A DNA stretch of 43,910 bases from an uncultured archaeon (GTDB taxonomy: Archaea > Thermoplasmatota > Penumbrarchaeia > JASLWR01), in the NCBI GenBank assembly GCA_964342815.1, contig CAYFHS010000037.1, positions 1 to 43,910 of the forward strand, in the 5' to 3' direction. Both the position numbers and the translations under genes were made by a program. Within the stretch, counting starts at the first letter, position 1. Every line of letters begins with the position of its first letter. Below are positions 18,009 through 28,423 of the stretch, piece by piece. The notes under the pieces are model-generated. The model made no database searches, was not told the DNA's origin, and saw only the letters and a program-made list of their open reading frames with translations.

Positions 18009-20855
18009 ATGAATGTAAAAAAGACCGAGGCAATAGAGAAAAGTGGCAGAAAGCTCGGAATCACGGCAAAAGTAGTAGTTATATTACTGGTGTTATCCCT
18101 GATCACCATTGGTTCTATGGCTTTTTTAAATATAAATGCCTTCAAAAGTATGGGGGATATGACAAAAAAAGATAGCAGGAGTTTATTTGGGAGAGAAACT
18201 GAGGAGCATCTGGAGAGGATCGTGACGGATAAAACAACATTATGTGAAACTGATCTGAACGTAATAAAGGACCTGATCTATGCGCAGGAAGCTTATGCTC
18301 TTGAGCTGTATAATAATGGAACCGATTACAAATATGTTGAGCAAACTCTTGACACTCAATATTCTAAATACCCTGATGATCCGGTCCCTGCAAACACACC
18401 GTCTGATTTCCTATATTCCGAAAAATTTCAAAGAATGCTGTCATTAAAGTATCTTGCGATTAAACCCGCACCAGGAATCAATGTGACATTTGATCAAAAC
18501 GATAACCTATTTTCTCCTGATCCCGAGGTCAATAAGACGCTGCACACATTCAGCCAAATGATATCCTTATTTAGATCCGCATCAGGTGAACATTCTACAG
18601 TCCGGTGGATTTATATCGGAACACCCGCTGGATTACATTTTTGTTATCCGGGCCACGGCCCATACGGAGAGTCCTATGATTGCCGACTTCGGGGTTGGTA
18701 CAAACGTGCGAACGAGACAGGTGAATTCGGATGGAGCGATCCTTATGTTGACGCAAGCGGTCTGGGACTGATGATCACTGCTTCAAAGCCTGTTTATGAC
18801 AGTAATAACAAATTAATTGGTGTCGTAGCTGCAGATGTAACTATCGACACTATCAATAATGAACTTATCTCTCTTGATCCGGGAGAAAGCGGTTATACAT
18901 ATTTAATAGATAGCGAAGGTGCTGTAATATCAAAACCTGAGTACGAAGCCGGTGATGTAAGATGGGACGACCTATATCCAATAACGTGACGCCATAACAC
19001 AAGCAATGAAGAACTGAATAACATCACCAAAAAGATGATGAATGGAGAAACAGGCTCTGCAAAAATCACATTAAGCGGCGAGAAAAAATATATTGTTTAT
19101 GCGCCGGTCAAATCAGTGGGCTGGAGTTTAGCTGCAGTACTTCCCGAGAAGGAAGCGCTAAAGGAAGTAAAAGAAATAGAAAATGATATCGATGACAACA
19201 TGGACACCATGATCAATTCGATAATAGTCGTTACGATTGTAATGTCGATTATTGTGATTATCTGCTGTATTGTATTCGGAGGAACTCTAACAAAACCGAT
19301 TATAAAACTAACTGAGAACGCAAAAGCCATGAGTGAAGGCAACCTCGATGTAAAGACTGATGCTGTCTACAAAGGTGATGAGATCGGAGACCTTACAAAA
19401 TCTTTTGATACCATGTGCCTCAGTCTCAAGAAGTCCTACGAAAATTTAGAAGAAAAAGTAAAGGATAGAACCAAAGAACTAGGTGAAGAAAAAGCCTATT
19501 CGGAAAATATTCTAAAAAGCATGGCAGATTCACTCATGGTAATTGATCCAAATGGAAAAATAAATAATGTGAATACCGCGACGGTAAACTTATTGGGTTA
19601 TAACGAAAAAACTCTACTTTTAAAACAGATCGAAGAGATCATCTCACCTATTGGGGTGGCCAAAATAGAGGAAGCGGGTAAAGAAAGGACAGGGGACGTT
19701 GAGGCGGCACTCCATCGTTTAGGTCTACAGAAATTGATAGAATCGGGTTTCATTAGAAATATTGAGATCGAATATATTGCTAAGAATAACAGTAAAATTC
19801 CCATGAGCTTCAGCGGCTCAGTCATGAGAAACGATAAAGGCGAGTTGCAGGGGATTGTCTGCGTAGCTAAAGATATCAGAGAGCGTAAGCGGATGGATAA
19901 GAAGCTCCAGGAATCCGAAGATAAATACCGTTCTATTTTTGAAAATACCGGAACGGCGACTGTTATCATCGAGGAGGATATGACAATTTCTTTAACTAAC
20001 ACTGAGTTCTTAAAACTGTGTGGCTACACAAAAAAAGAAGTGGAAGGTAAGATGAGTTGGAGCGATTTTGTGGTGAAAGAAGATTTGGAATGGATGAAAA
20101 AGTATCATAAATCGCGTAGAATCGTAACGGGGCTTGCTCCAAAAAATTATGAATTTCGATTTGTAGATAAGGTCGGATTTAATAAAAATATATTTTTGAC
20201 CATTGATCTTATACCGGGGACAAAAAAGAGTGTAGCATCACTTTTAGACATCACCCAACGCAAACAAATGGAAGAAGAATTAAAACTATATACCCAAAAG
20301 CTGGAGGGTGAATTGGAGGAGTTGGAAAAACGTTTCCAAATAGAACCTAAAGAAGAGTTACCCAGTCGGGCAGAACAACGTTATTTGGTGGAACCGGGCT
20401 ATATCTACAAGGTGGAGGAGAGAAAAGCAATGAAAACCTTTGAGATACTTTCTGAGCTCGTCACGCATGGTTATCAAGGCCTCGCCATCACAATACAATC
20501 TCCGGATATCGTGAAAAGAAAGTTCGGGTTCGAAAAAACTCCAATATTTTGGTTAAGCAAGTGGAAACGATGCGAGGAGTGGGTCGATGCGACCAAATTA
20601 GAAAAACTTGGATTTATTTTGCGGAATTTTCTTAAGGATGCTGAGAAAGGTGTGGTGGTCATGGATGGCATCGATTATTTGATCACAATGTATAACTTCA
20701 ATAAGATAGCAAAGTTAATTCAGGGATTATACGAATTTAATACCCACAATAGATCACAGATAATCATTCCACTTAACCCTGAAGTTCTGGAAAAAAAGGA
20801 AATGGCGATTCTGGAGAGATATTTAGAAAGTGTCGAGGAAAAAATCGAAGACTGA
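18009..20855 (+). pseudogene. dCache-HAMP-PAS-PAS-DUF835 membrane sensor interrupted by one in-frame TGA (18987-18989)
   Basis: ORFs 18009-18989 and 19035-20855 share a frame. dCache motifs (YDCRLRGWY, WSDPYVDASGLGLMIT, GVVAADV, KYIVYAPVKSVGWSL) span the stop; then TM2, HAMP (PIIKLTENAKAMSEGNL...DEIGDL), two PAS domains and DUF835 (DGIDYL). Could be a real lesion, an assembly error or readthrough. Confidence 0.7.
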
Positions 20856-21124
20856 TAAATATATTTGGATGCGTAGGTATTCATTGATAATCTCGAATGA
20901 TCGAAAGCAAAATCCTGGATTCCACCTTTAACAGAAGGAGTCTCAAGAGATAACTGAAATGGGTATATTTATTTTTTAAAAACCATTTTTTAGTCACTTA
21001 AAAAGAGTCATTATTTTACCATTGGTCCATATCTTGGAAAATCATTCAAAAATAGAAAAAAAGAAGGGTTATTATACTTTAAACCGAATGAACGGACAAC
21101 AATAAAGAACGGAGCAACATCTAA

Positions 21125-22174
21125 ATGCAGATTCTACATAAAAACCATAAACTCGGGATGGTCAAGCTCTATGTCGACAATGACGACGACCTGTGGCATC
21201 TCAGTAACATAATAAGACCTGGAGATCACGTCAAGGGTTTGACCCATCGGCGCGAGGAGTGTGCCCAGGACACCATAAGGAGCCATAAGGCTGAAAAAAA
21301 GACCATGACGCTGACCATAAAATGCGAAAAGATCGAATTCGTTGAATTTTCCAATCGACTGCGTGTTCTAGGGGTAATCACCGAAGGGCCCCAGGACCAC
21401 GGTTGTCATCATACCTTGAACATTGAGAGCGGTTCCCGGATTACGATTTTCAAAGACCAATGGAAGAAGCATGATCTCGATACAATCAATATGGCGGTGG
21501 CGAATGCAAAGAAACCGACTGTCGTCTTTCTAGCCATAGAGGACGACAACGCCGTGATCGCGCTTCTCAGGCAGTACGGACTTGAGGTTGTTAGCGACAT
21601 ACACGGATCCATTTCAGGGAAATTATACAAACAGAAGAACAGGGGAAAAAAAGATTTTTTTGCCGAGATCACGGAAAGAATATGCCAAATATTGAATGAA
21701 AACACGCCTCTCGTGATTATCGGTCCCGGGTTTACAAAGGACGAATTTTACCGTCAAGCGTCGTATCTTCACCCGGACCTGTTCAAATCAACATATCTCA
21801 AGGCTACTGGTCAGGCCGGTGTCGCCGGGATTAACGAGGCATTGAAACTTGGAATCAAGAGTTTGTATACAAATGAAGCTCGGGTTTTGAAGGAAACCCA
21901 GCTTATGGATGACCTGTTAACGGGGATCGCAACAGAAGGTAACGTAACCTATGGTGAGAAATATATCACCCGTGGTCTCGAACTGTCTGCCGTGGATAAA
22001 CTATTGTTGACCGATCGTATTGTCCGGGAAGGAAACGGTGAAACGCTTATCGAGCTGGCAAGAGAGACCGGAGCAAATGTTGCCATTGTCTCAACGGCAC
22101 ACGAGGCCGGAAAACGCCTGGAAGCACTTGGAGGTACGGCGGCTTTTCTAAGATTCAAGATCGACGGAATGTAA
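21125..22174 (+). CDS. pelA: Pelota (Dom34) mRNA surveillance protein
   Basis: DDLWHLSNIIRPGD, RLRVLGVI, HHTLNI, GPGFTKDEF, AGKRLEALGGTAAFLRF. Confidence 0.95.
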   Translation: MQILHKNHKLGMVKLYVDNDDDLWHLSNIIRPGDHVKGLTHRREECAQDTIRSHKAEKKTMTLTIKCEKIEFVEFSNRLRVLGVITEGPQDHGCHHTLNIESGSRITIFKDQWKKHDLDTINMAVANAKKPTVVFLAIEDDNAVIALLRQYGLEVVSDIHGSISGKLYKQKNRGKKDFFAEITERICQILNENTPLVIIGPGFTKDEFYRQASYLHPDLFKSTYLKATGQAGVAGINEALKLGIKSLYTNEARVLKETQLMDDLLTGIATEGNVTYGEKYITRGLELSAVDKLLLTDRIVREGNGETLIELARETGANVAIVSTAHEAGKRLEALGGTAAFLRFKIDGM

Positions 22175-22732
22175 TAATGAAAACCTCTCGATGATATTTC
22201 TGTTCCGTACTTCCGGGTGGAACAAGACCCCATAATGGTTCATATTGTCATGTTTGAATGCAACTGGAAAGCCATGGTCTTCCGCAAGAAAATGGAAACC
22301 GTGGGAGATCGTCACAGTATAATTGTGAAGATGGTAGGCATTTTGCTCGTTTTCAGGGTGGATCACCGGATTGTTCGTGTTAAGTTTGAACGGATGCAGA
22401 CCTATACGTTCAAAGTTAACAAGCTCGCCCCCCCATAACATTCCAATGACATGCATGCCCGCACATATTCCCAGAACCGGACCAGTAAAGGTTTTCAGAC
22501 ATTCGAAGGCTGAAATTTCATTTTGATAATGATTGTCTTTCAAGGCAGTACCGCATAGTATGATGGACTTCGGTAAATTTCGGCCGTTTCCATCGAGCTT
22601 TTCGGAAAGACCGGTAAAATGGATCACCTCGGTCTCTACGTGAATTGCATCTAGAACATACTTCACCGGATCAACGAATTCAAGCGCGTGCATGCTCCCC
22701 TTGACATCCGACAGGTCAACCAGCAATATCAT
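22148..22732 (-). CDS. Stand-alone class I glutamine amidotransferase
   Basis: PVLGICAGMH nucleophile elbow and GVLFHPEV (Cys-His-Glu triad). Confidence 0.85.
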   Translation of the reverse strand: MILLVDLSDVKGSMHALEFVDPVKYVLDAIHVETEVIHFTGLSEKLDGNGRNLPKSIILCGTALKDNHYQNEISAFECLKTFTGPVLGICAGMHVIGMLWGGELVNFERIGLHPFKLNTNNPVIHPENEQNAYHLHNYTVTISHGFHFLAEDHGFPVAFKHDNMNHYGVLFHPEVRNRNIIERFSLLHSVDLES

Positions 22733-23409
22733 CGATCGCCCACCCTTGCCTTAATTATATCCATGGTACCTGAATAATTTTTATATTGGACCGAGGTTTC
22801 TATAATTTCAAGGGGATGGTGGAAATCAGGCCCGTCCAGAACCGTTGTCTCCAGCTCACCGCCCTCACCTGACGGATTTATCCTGTATCTCTGTTCCATT
22901 TCCACAAGATCGTCTACAAGAACTTCATCCAGCACCCGGCCCAGGTAATCTTCGGTAAGGGGATAAGCAAAAACACCGGTTATCATCACCTTGAATTCTT
23001 TCTTTAAAAGCTCTCTGAGTATACTCTCGGGAATTCTCATCCAGAGGGGATTATAGCACCAGATATTCAATTTATTGCATATACACTGGACCCTTGCGGC
23101 TTGATAAACCGAAGCAAGCGTCCCGGTGGCAATACCCTGGATCTTATAGAGATTCATTGCCTCGGCCATGGCTTTTTCGAGATCCAGCAGCTCTGTTTCC
23201 TTTTCACCATCGGTCTCCACTTCCACCAAAGGAATTGACATTGCCTTTGCCTGAAGAGTTGCCATTCCGACATTCGGAGTATGAAACATATAGCTCTCTA
23301 AATTTAATGATTTGATGGTAATAAGACATACGATATCATGCCATCTCCTTGCAATGTTGAGAGCAAGGCAAGAATCCTTTCCCCCTGAAAAAAGAATACC
23401 GAGCCTCAT
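22729..23409 (-). CDS. dph6: Diphthine-ammonia ligase (PP-loop ATPase)
   Basis: LFSGGKDS, SYMFHTPN, YQAARV...C..L...YNPLW, INPSGEGGELETTVLDGP. Confidence 0.92.
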   Translation of the reverse strand: MRLGILFSGGKDSCLALNIARRWHDIVCLITIKSLNLESYMFHTPNVGMATLQAKAMSIPLVEVETDGEKETELLDLEKAMAEAMNLYKIQGIATGTLASVYQAARVQCICNKLNIWCYNPLWMRIPESILRELLKKEFKVMITGVFAYPLTEDYLGRVLDEVLVDDLVEMEQRYRINPSGEGGELETTVLDGPDFHHPLEIIETSVQYKNYSGTMDIIKARVGDR

Positions 23410-26400
23410 TTCATCCCGTTTATCAATTTCTGCAGGTCCCCGAATACATCCTTGGTATCTCCGGTCACCGATATTCCGTCATCAGGTGGGATTTCGGGAG
23501 TTTCCGGAGGAGCCGGCATATCAGGGGGGGGTGCGGGAGATGTCGGTGGAGGAGGAGCTGCAGCTTCCGGTATAGGTGCGGCATCAATAGATGCAGGAGC
23601 GACAATTTCGAAATCGGGTTTAGGAGCACTAATTCCACCTTGGCTTTCCAACCGGTTGAATATTGCAGTAATTTCCCCAAGGCAGCGGTCAAGTGAGGGG
23701 AAGTCCATTCTTCCGAAGTACTGGTTCGCCTCCATGATCTTTTTATCGGCCTCACCTACATTCATACCCTTGTTTCTGAACTCGACTATCTTCGTCTGTA
23801 CCTCAAGTATCTTGGTGGTGGCTTCCCCAATCTTCTCGGCACTCACCTGCGGTTCCAGTTTAACCGTTCCCGGGCTCGTGGTTGGAGGCATTTTCACTGA
23901 TGGAGTCTGCGTCGTTACAGAGGGGGTTGTTCCGAGACCAGTAATATCCGGGGTCCTGCCAGGCTGTGTCCCTCTCGTGTCTTTTACAACAGAGAACTGG
24001 GGCAGCGCTTTTATAGCCTGGGCTTTTTTGGATGCCGTGGTACCCACTGCCATATCCGGGACCATGATCTTTGGTAGATTCCTGGTCGAGGAGGGAAGTT
24101 GTAACTGATCGCCGTTTCTCTTTGGTCCTGCCAGCGCTGGTGACTGGGCTGTGTAAATGGCCATTGCTATCCGTTTCGCGCGCGGGTCCATAATGGGTGT
24201 GTCCGAAATCCGGGTAACATTTCCCGTTCTCTTCTTCTTTATTACACCCGAATTCCCGTCTGATTCCACCATTTCAGTAAAATCATGATCCCCACCCAAA
24301 TTCCTTCGCTTTCTGATCACTAAGAGGACAATAAGAAAGATCAAGAATAAGAAAATGATCGCAACCAGGGGCCAGAACCAGGTCTTCTCTGAATATTTAC
24401 CGAATAATGATTCACCGGATTTATCAAAATCCCCTATCCTGAGGGTTGCGGTGGTGGTGGTGCCGGATAAAGATGTCGCAGTTATATTTATCTCCTGGTT
24501 CGCAAATTTAAATGTATTCAACACCTCTATGGTAAAAACTATCTCGATGAATTCGCCCGGTGCCAGTTGGATATTATCCAGCAGAACATCGCTGTATTTC
24601 GCCTTAATAGTAAAATCGGGGAGGTCCGGAATGTTCAGAGCGATATTATCTGGAAGTGTACCCAGATTGGATACGGTGAGATTTATTTCATAAGAACCGC
24701 CTTTCTGGACTTCCAGCTTGTCCAGATAAAAACTCACGATAGGTTTGAACGTACCTACGAATATCTCTTTTTGAAAAACACTTGAATTCCCCATCCCGTC
24801 ACTGGACATGATCTGTATATAATATAATCCGTCCGTCAGATATTTAGTTACATTGTAATACGGTTTGGTAACCAGATGCCATGAAAGGAACTCGTTGCCG
24901 TCTCTACTAGTGCCTATCTGGATAAAATAGAACAATCTATCCCGATCACCCTCGTTCTCATCTTTTGCTCCTTCCCATGATATATCCGGATAACGCTGTT
25001 TTGTGAACAGGGGTTCCAACGATGTTGGCGCGGTGGGGGGCACATTCCCTGTCGCCCAGATCTTCAGTATCTCTTCCAGAATCTCGGACTCCAATTTGGT
25101 ATCTGTACATTTCACTTGAACATAATATGTACCGTATGTGAGATTGAAAGGTATATCATAACTGGTTTTGGTTCCTGTTGGAGTCCAGTGAAGGACGTCG
25201 CCCCCACCTTTGCTCTTTCCCAACTGTATAAAATATGTCAGTTCATCTCCATCCACATCGATACCATCGGTCCAGAATATTTTAGGTAGCTGATCTCCTG
25301 TGACATCCGGATAAATTGCCGTGGGGGGGATTGGTCGGTGATTACCCTTTGTAAGTATTGAAAGAATTTCTTCCCGGGGATATGACTCTTCGTTACCGTC
25401 GTATGCCCAGACCTGAACGTAATAATCCACCCCTCTCTCCAAAGGTTTCATTAATATGAAATATTCTAAATGTCCCGCGGATTGCTTGGAAATGATCTCT
25501 CCCCCTCCGCTTCTTTCACCTATCTGTATGAAATACTCGAGCTGGTCTCCATCGAGATCATAGGCTCCGCTCCAAGTTATGTTTGGAAATACCTTATCCG
25601 TGAAATCGGGGGATATGGAGGTGGGCGGTCTTGGAGCAGAATTGAGACCCTCCTGGATAATTATCTTCTCCTGAAACACTGGTGAAGTAAAATATGGGTC
25701 CTTTGCCCATATTTGTATATAATAATTGCCATAGGGCAGGGGTATTGTAACATCATAGAAATTGTTCGTTCCAGTAGAAGTTCTGACGAGTACATCCTTT
25801 GAATACGGTTTCGTACCTATCTGAATCGAATATGATACTGGATCCCCATCGTTATCCGTTGATTTGCTCCAGGCAATACGCGGATTTTGCTCAGCAGTCT
25901 CGTTGGGGAGTATCCAGTAGGGTGGCGAGGGGGGAGTGTTCATCATAAGATCCAAGATAACGTCGGTATCAGTTACATCAATCGTTGAGGTTGCACCGAG
26001 GCTGTCTTCCACACCTATAAATATTTCATATTTTCCCACTTCAGTATTTTCCGGGGGATCATAGGTGTAATTAAAGCGGTACACTCCTCTTGTCTCCACG
26101 AGTTCTAGCTCCGGTATTTCGGCAATTTTCTTCCCGTTCACGATCTCATATTCAATTGAAACATTGACCATCTTAATGGATATTGTAAACTTGAAATCCT
26201 CAATGGGATAAGGGTCCTCGTCCTCTAGTTCAAATGATATGGTAGTGGTATAATTCCATTTGATGGGGATAATTGTTGGGTTTGCCATTAGCGATGTAGG
26301 GTCAAGGTTCGGTTGAAAATTTGAAAATATTTCCAACTTTTTATCGGTGTCGTTATAATCGATAATACCTTTTTCTGTCACACCGTCATACAGCTCGAAA

Positions 26401-28175
26401 TAGATTTGCCAGAGCCCGTCATTCACGTAAGGTGTTGGGGCAAATGTATAGTTAAGCGAGTATTCACCCTTATTCATCAACCTGAAATCAGAGTTTTCGC
26501 TGCTGCTGAAAACACCGTTGTACACCGTCAGTTCCTCCCCGGTAGAGTTATTCCTCAACTTTATCAGACCGGAAAATAGTGCTGGAGATAGACCATCCGA
26601 ATCCGTAAAGAGGAAAGTAAAAAGAGAGCTTTCTCCCTTTGCCGCATTGATCTTTGCAGGTGTAATACCAAGTTTAAAATTCGAAGGTGCTTCATCGGTG
26701 TGATATTCAATCTTGATCCAGTCCAGTAAAGGCGTGGCATGGGGGTCGACGCCTGTGTTCCTGAATACTATCTTGAATCGTATCCAACGTTGATCCGATG
26801 AAAGTACCTCCGAGTGATCATCCGAATAACTGTTGGACCATTCGGACCAGTTTCCGGGTAGATTGGGATTCGTATCTTTTGAAGATGCCGTCTGCGTGTA
26901 GATGTCCATCAATGTCCCGACAGGTTTATCGCATGAGTAGGAGATGCTGTCGAAATGAGGTGTTGTATTATTCGTGTCCAGGGGTTTTGAAATGTAGAAA
27001 CCGTAACCCATGTAGTTCAATTGGGATTCGAATTTTCGCTCCCCGATGAACAGCGAACCCTGCATGCCGTCCAAACCATTACGTCCAGTTCGACCAGCAT
27101 GTGGCCCGGGTCCGGCAGTACCTCCAGATCCCTTATTGACTGAAGCATCAAGGAATCCGACACCGGTGATATTCGTTTCAGTGAAAATCTTAATCCTCCC
27201 GCCCCCTCCTCCTCCTCCGCCTCCACCCGAATCACCACTACCCCCGAAAGCTCTTCCAGACCCGCCGCCATTACCTCCTTTTGCGGAAAGTTGACACTTG
27301 GATTCGACAGTAATTGTATTTCCGTGAAGAAGAATACCTCCTCCACTTCCCCCTCCCCCTCCTCCTCCCGAGTCCGTATTCCCTCTCTGTGTGTTCTGCG
27401 ATGTCTCACCATTCTCACCGTTTGCGATTATACTTCCGTTTAGTACCATATTATCGGCAATTATCTTTATAATTCCCCCACCGTGCCCACCGGTGGCTCC
27501 ACCATAATGGGCACTGTTGCCACCTTTGCCGCCGCTGCTTCCGGTCAGTATATCATATGTATCATTTGAACCGTACGTATTTCCAGCGGTACCACCATTC
27601 CCCCCGTACTGTCGGGCTCCTTTCCCTCCGACACCTCCAATATCTGCGTAGCTGCCGCCACCTCCTCCTCCGCCACCGGAAGATTGCGAGTTGGAACCGT
27701 CATTTCCTCCGCCTATGAGATTGTTACCAACTCCCGCTACACTTATTGTACTATCCCTTTCCATGATGAAGTTTCTAGCATAAATCTCGATACGATCGAC
27801 ATTGTCAGCAACCCAAACGGTGCCGACTTTCACTCGAATTGTCTCAGCATACACCGGTTGTGAACTGCTGAATGCACCCTGAATAGTCATATCAGGGAGA
27901 CCTGTCGAAAGTCTTAATTTGCCGTCCCCCGCCTCTTTTTCAAGTAGGGTCACGTTTTCTGATAATTCCTCGAAATCTTCGAAATCTTTCAGATCAGCCA
28001 TGCTAAAGTTCAAAATTTCGGGTACATACTCGGTGCGGGATTTCAAATTAGAAGTCTCTGAATCATCAAATCCGTTGATACGCGACACGAGTACTAGATC
28101 GAATGATGATAACATAGTTAGAACGACTATCAATAACGCCAGTACTCTTATTGAATAGGGGGCAGGTTTATTCAT
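23406..28175 (-). CDS. 1589-aa single-pass surface protein: Gly-rich domain, Ig-like domains, four FN3-like repeats, TM, Pro-rich cytoplasmic tail
   Basis: Signal peptide; several GGGGGGG runs; four ~97-aa repeats NxxPxxP...W...D.DGD...Y.IQ.G...YY.Q. (about 24755-25940); TM WFWPLVAIIFLFLIFLIVLLVIRKRR. Confidence 0.85.
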   Translation of the reverse strand: MNKPAPYSIRVLALLIVVLTMLSSFDLVLVSRINGFDDSETSNLKSRTEYVPEILNFSMADLKDFEDFEELSENVTLLEKEAGDGKLRLSTGLPDMTIQGAFSSSQPVYAETIRVKVGTVWVADNVDRIEIYARNFIMERDSTISVAGVGNNLIGGGNDGSNSQSSGGGGGGGGSYADIGGVGGKGARQYGGNGGTAGNTYGSNDTYDILTGSSGGKGGNSAHYGGATGGHGGGIIKIIADNMVLNGSIIANGENGETSQNTQRGNTDSGGGGGGGSGGGILLHGNTITVESKCQLSAKGGNGGGSGRAFGGSGDSGGGGGGGGGGRIKIFTETNITGVGFLDASVNKGSGGTAGPGPHAGRTGRNGLDGMQGSLFIGERKFESQLNYMGYGFYISKPLDTNNTTPHFDSISYSCDKPVGTLMDIYTQTASSKDTNPNLPGNWSEWSNSYSDDHSEVLSSDQRWIRFKIVFRNTGVDPHATPLLDWIKIEYHTDEAPSNFKLGITPAKINAAKGESSLFTFLFTDSDGLSPALFSGLIKLRNNSTGEELTVYNGVFSSSENSDFRLMNKGEYSLNYTFAPTPYVNDGLWQIYFELYDGVTEKGIIDYNDTDKKLEIFSNFQPNLDPTSLMANPTIIPIKWNYTTTISFELEDEDPYPIEDFKFTISIKMVNVSIEYEIVNGKKIAEIPELELVETRGVYRFNYTYDPPENTEVGKYEIFIGVEDSLGATSTIDVTDTDVILDLMMNTPPSPPYWILPNETAEQNPRIAWSKSTDNDGDPVSYSIQIGTKPYSKDVLVRTSTGTNNFYDVTIPLPYGNYYIQIWAKDPYFTSPVFQEKIIIQEGLNSAPRPPTSISPDFTDKVFPNITWSGAYDLDGDQLEYFIQIGERSGGGEIISKQSAGHLEYFILMKPLERGVDYYVQVWAYDGNEESYPREEILSILTKGNHRPIPPTAIYPDVTGDQLPKIFWTDGIDVDGDELTYFIQLGKSKGGGDVLHWTPTGTKTSYDIPFNLTYGTYYVQVKCTDTKLESEILEEILKIWATGNVPPTAPTSLEPLFTKQRYPDISWEGAKDENEGDRDRLFYFIQIGTSRDGNEFLSWHLVTKPYYNVTKYLTDGLYYIQIMSSDGMGNSSVFQKEIFVGTFKPIVSFYLDKLEVQKGGSYEINLTVSNLGTLPDNIALNIPDLPDFTIKAKYSDVLLDNIQLAPGEFIEIVFTIEVLNTFKFANQEINITATSLSGTTTTATLRIGDFDKSGESLFGKYSEKTWFWPLVAIIFLFLIFLIVLLVIRKRRNLGGDHDFTEMVESDGNSGVIKKKRTGNVTRISDTPIMDPRAKRIAMAIYTAQSPALAGPKRNGDQLQLPSSTRNLPKIMVPDMAVGTTASKKAQAIKALPQFSVVKDTRGTQPGRTPDITGLGTTPSVTTQTPSVKMPPTTSPGTVKLEPQVSAEKIGEATTKILEVQTKIVEFRNKGMNVGEADKKIMEANQYFGRMDFPSLDRCLGEITAIFNRLESQGGISAPKPDFEIVAPASIDAAPIPEAAAPPPPTSPAPPPDMPAPPETPEIPPDDGISVTGDTKDVFGDLQKLINGMK

Positions 28176-28423
28176 GACACCACAACCGGGTATAAAATTG
28201 ATAAATTGAATCTCTATACTTATTGTAGGTCATTATAAATACAATATTATATTTTTATTGGTCCGTCTGTTAAATTAATTTATATACGATGGCATTGTAA
28301 ATTTGTGCGATTTATTCGACATTTCGAATTGAGGCATAATATTAATATAGTGTCCCTTCGAATATATGTCACAGGAATAAAACATACATTTGGTGCGGTA
28401 ATTTAGGAAAAAGGGGACTGAAA

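Noticed and set aside
18987-18989. Selenocysteine or genome-wide UGA recoding
   Set aside because: Not a redox-site context, no SECIS-like element recognised, and TGA terminates many intact genes in this window.
22148-22174. 27-bp convergent overlap of pelota and the GATase
   Set aside because: Short tail-to-tail overlaps are common in compact archaeal genomes.
23452-24108. 218-aa plus-strand ORF, and similar long antisense ORFs (e.g. 9213-9629, 39380-39988)
   Set aside because: Shadows of Pro-rich or GC-rich coding regions on the opposite strand, with no independent motifs.
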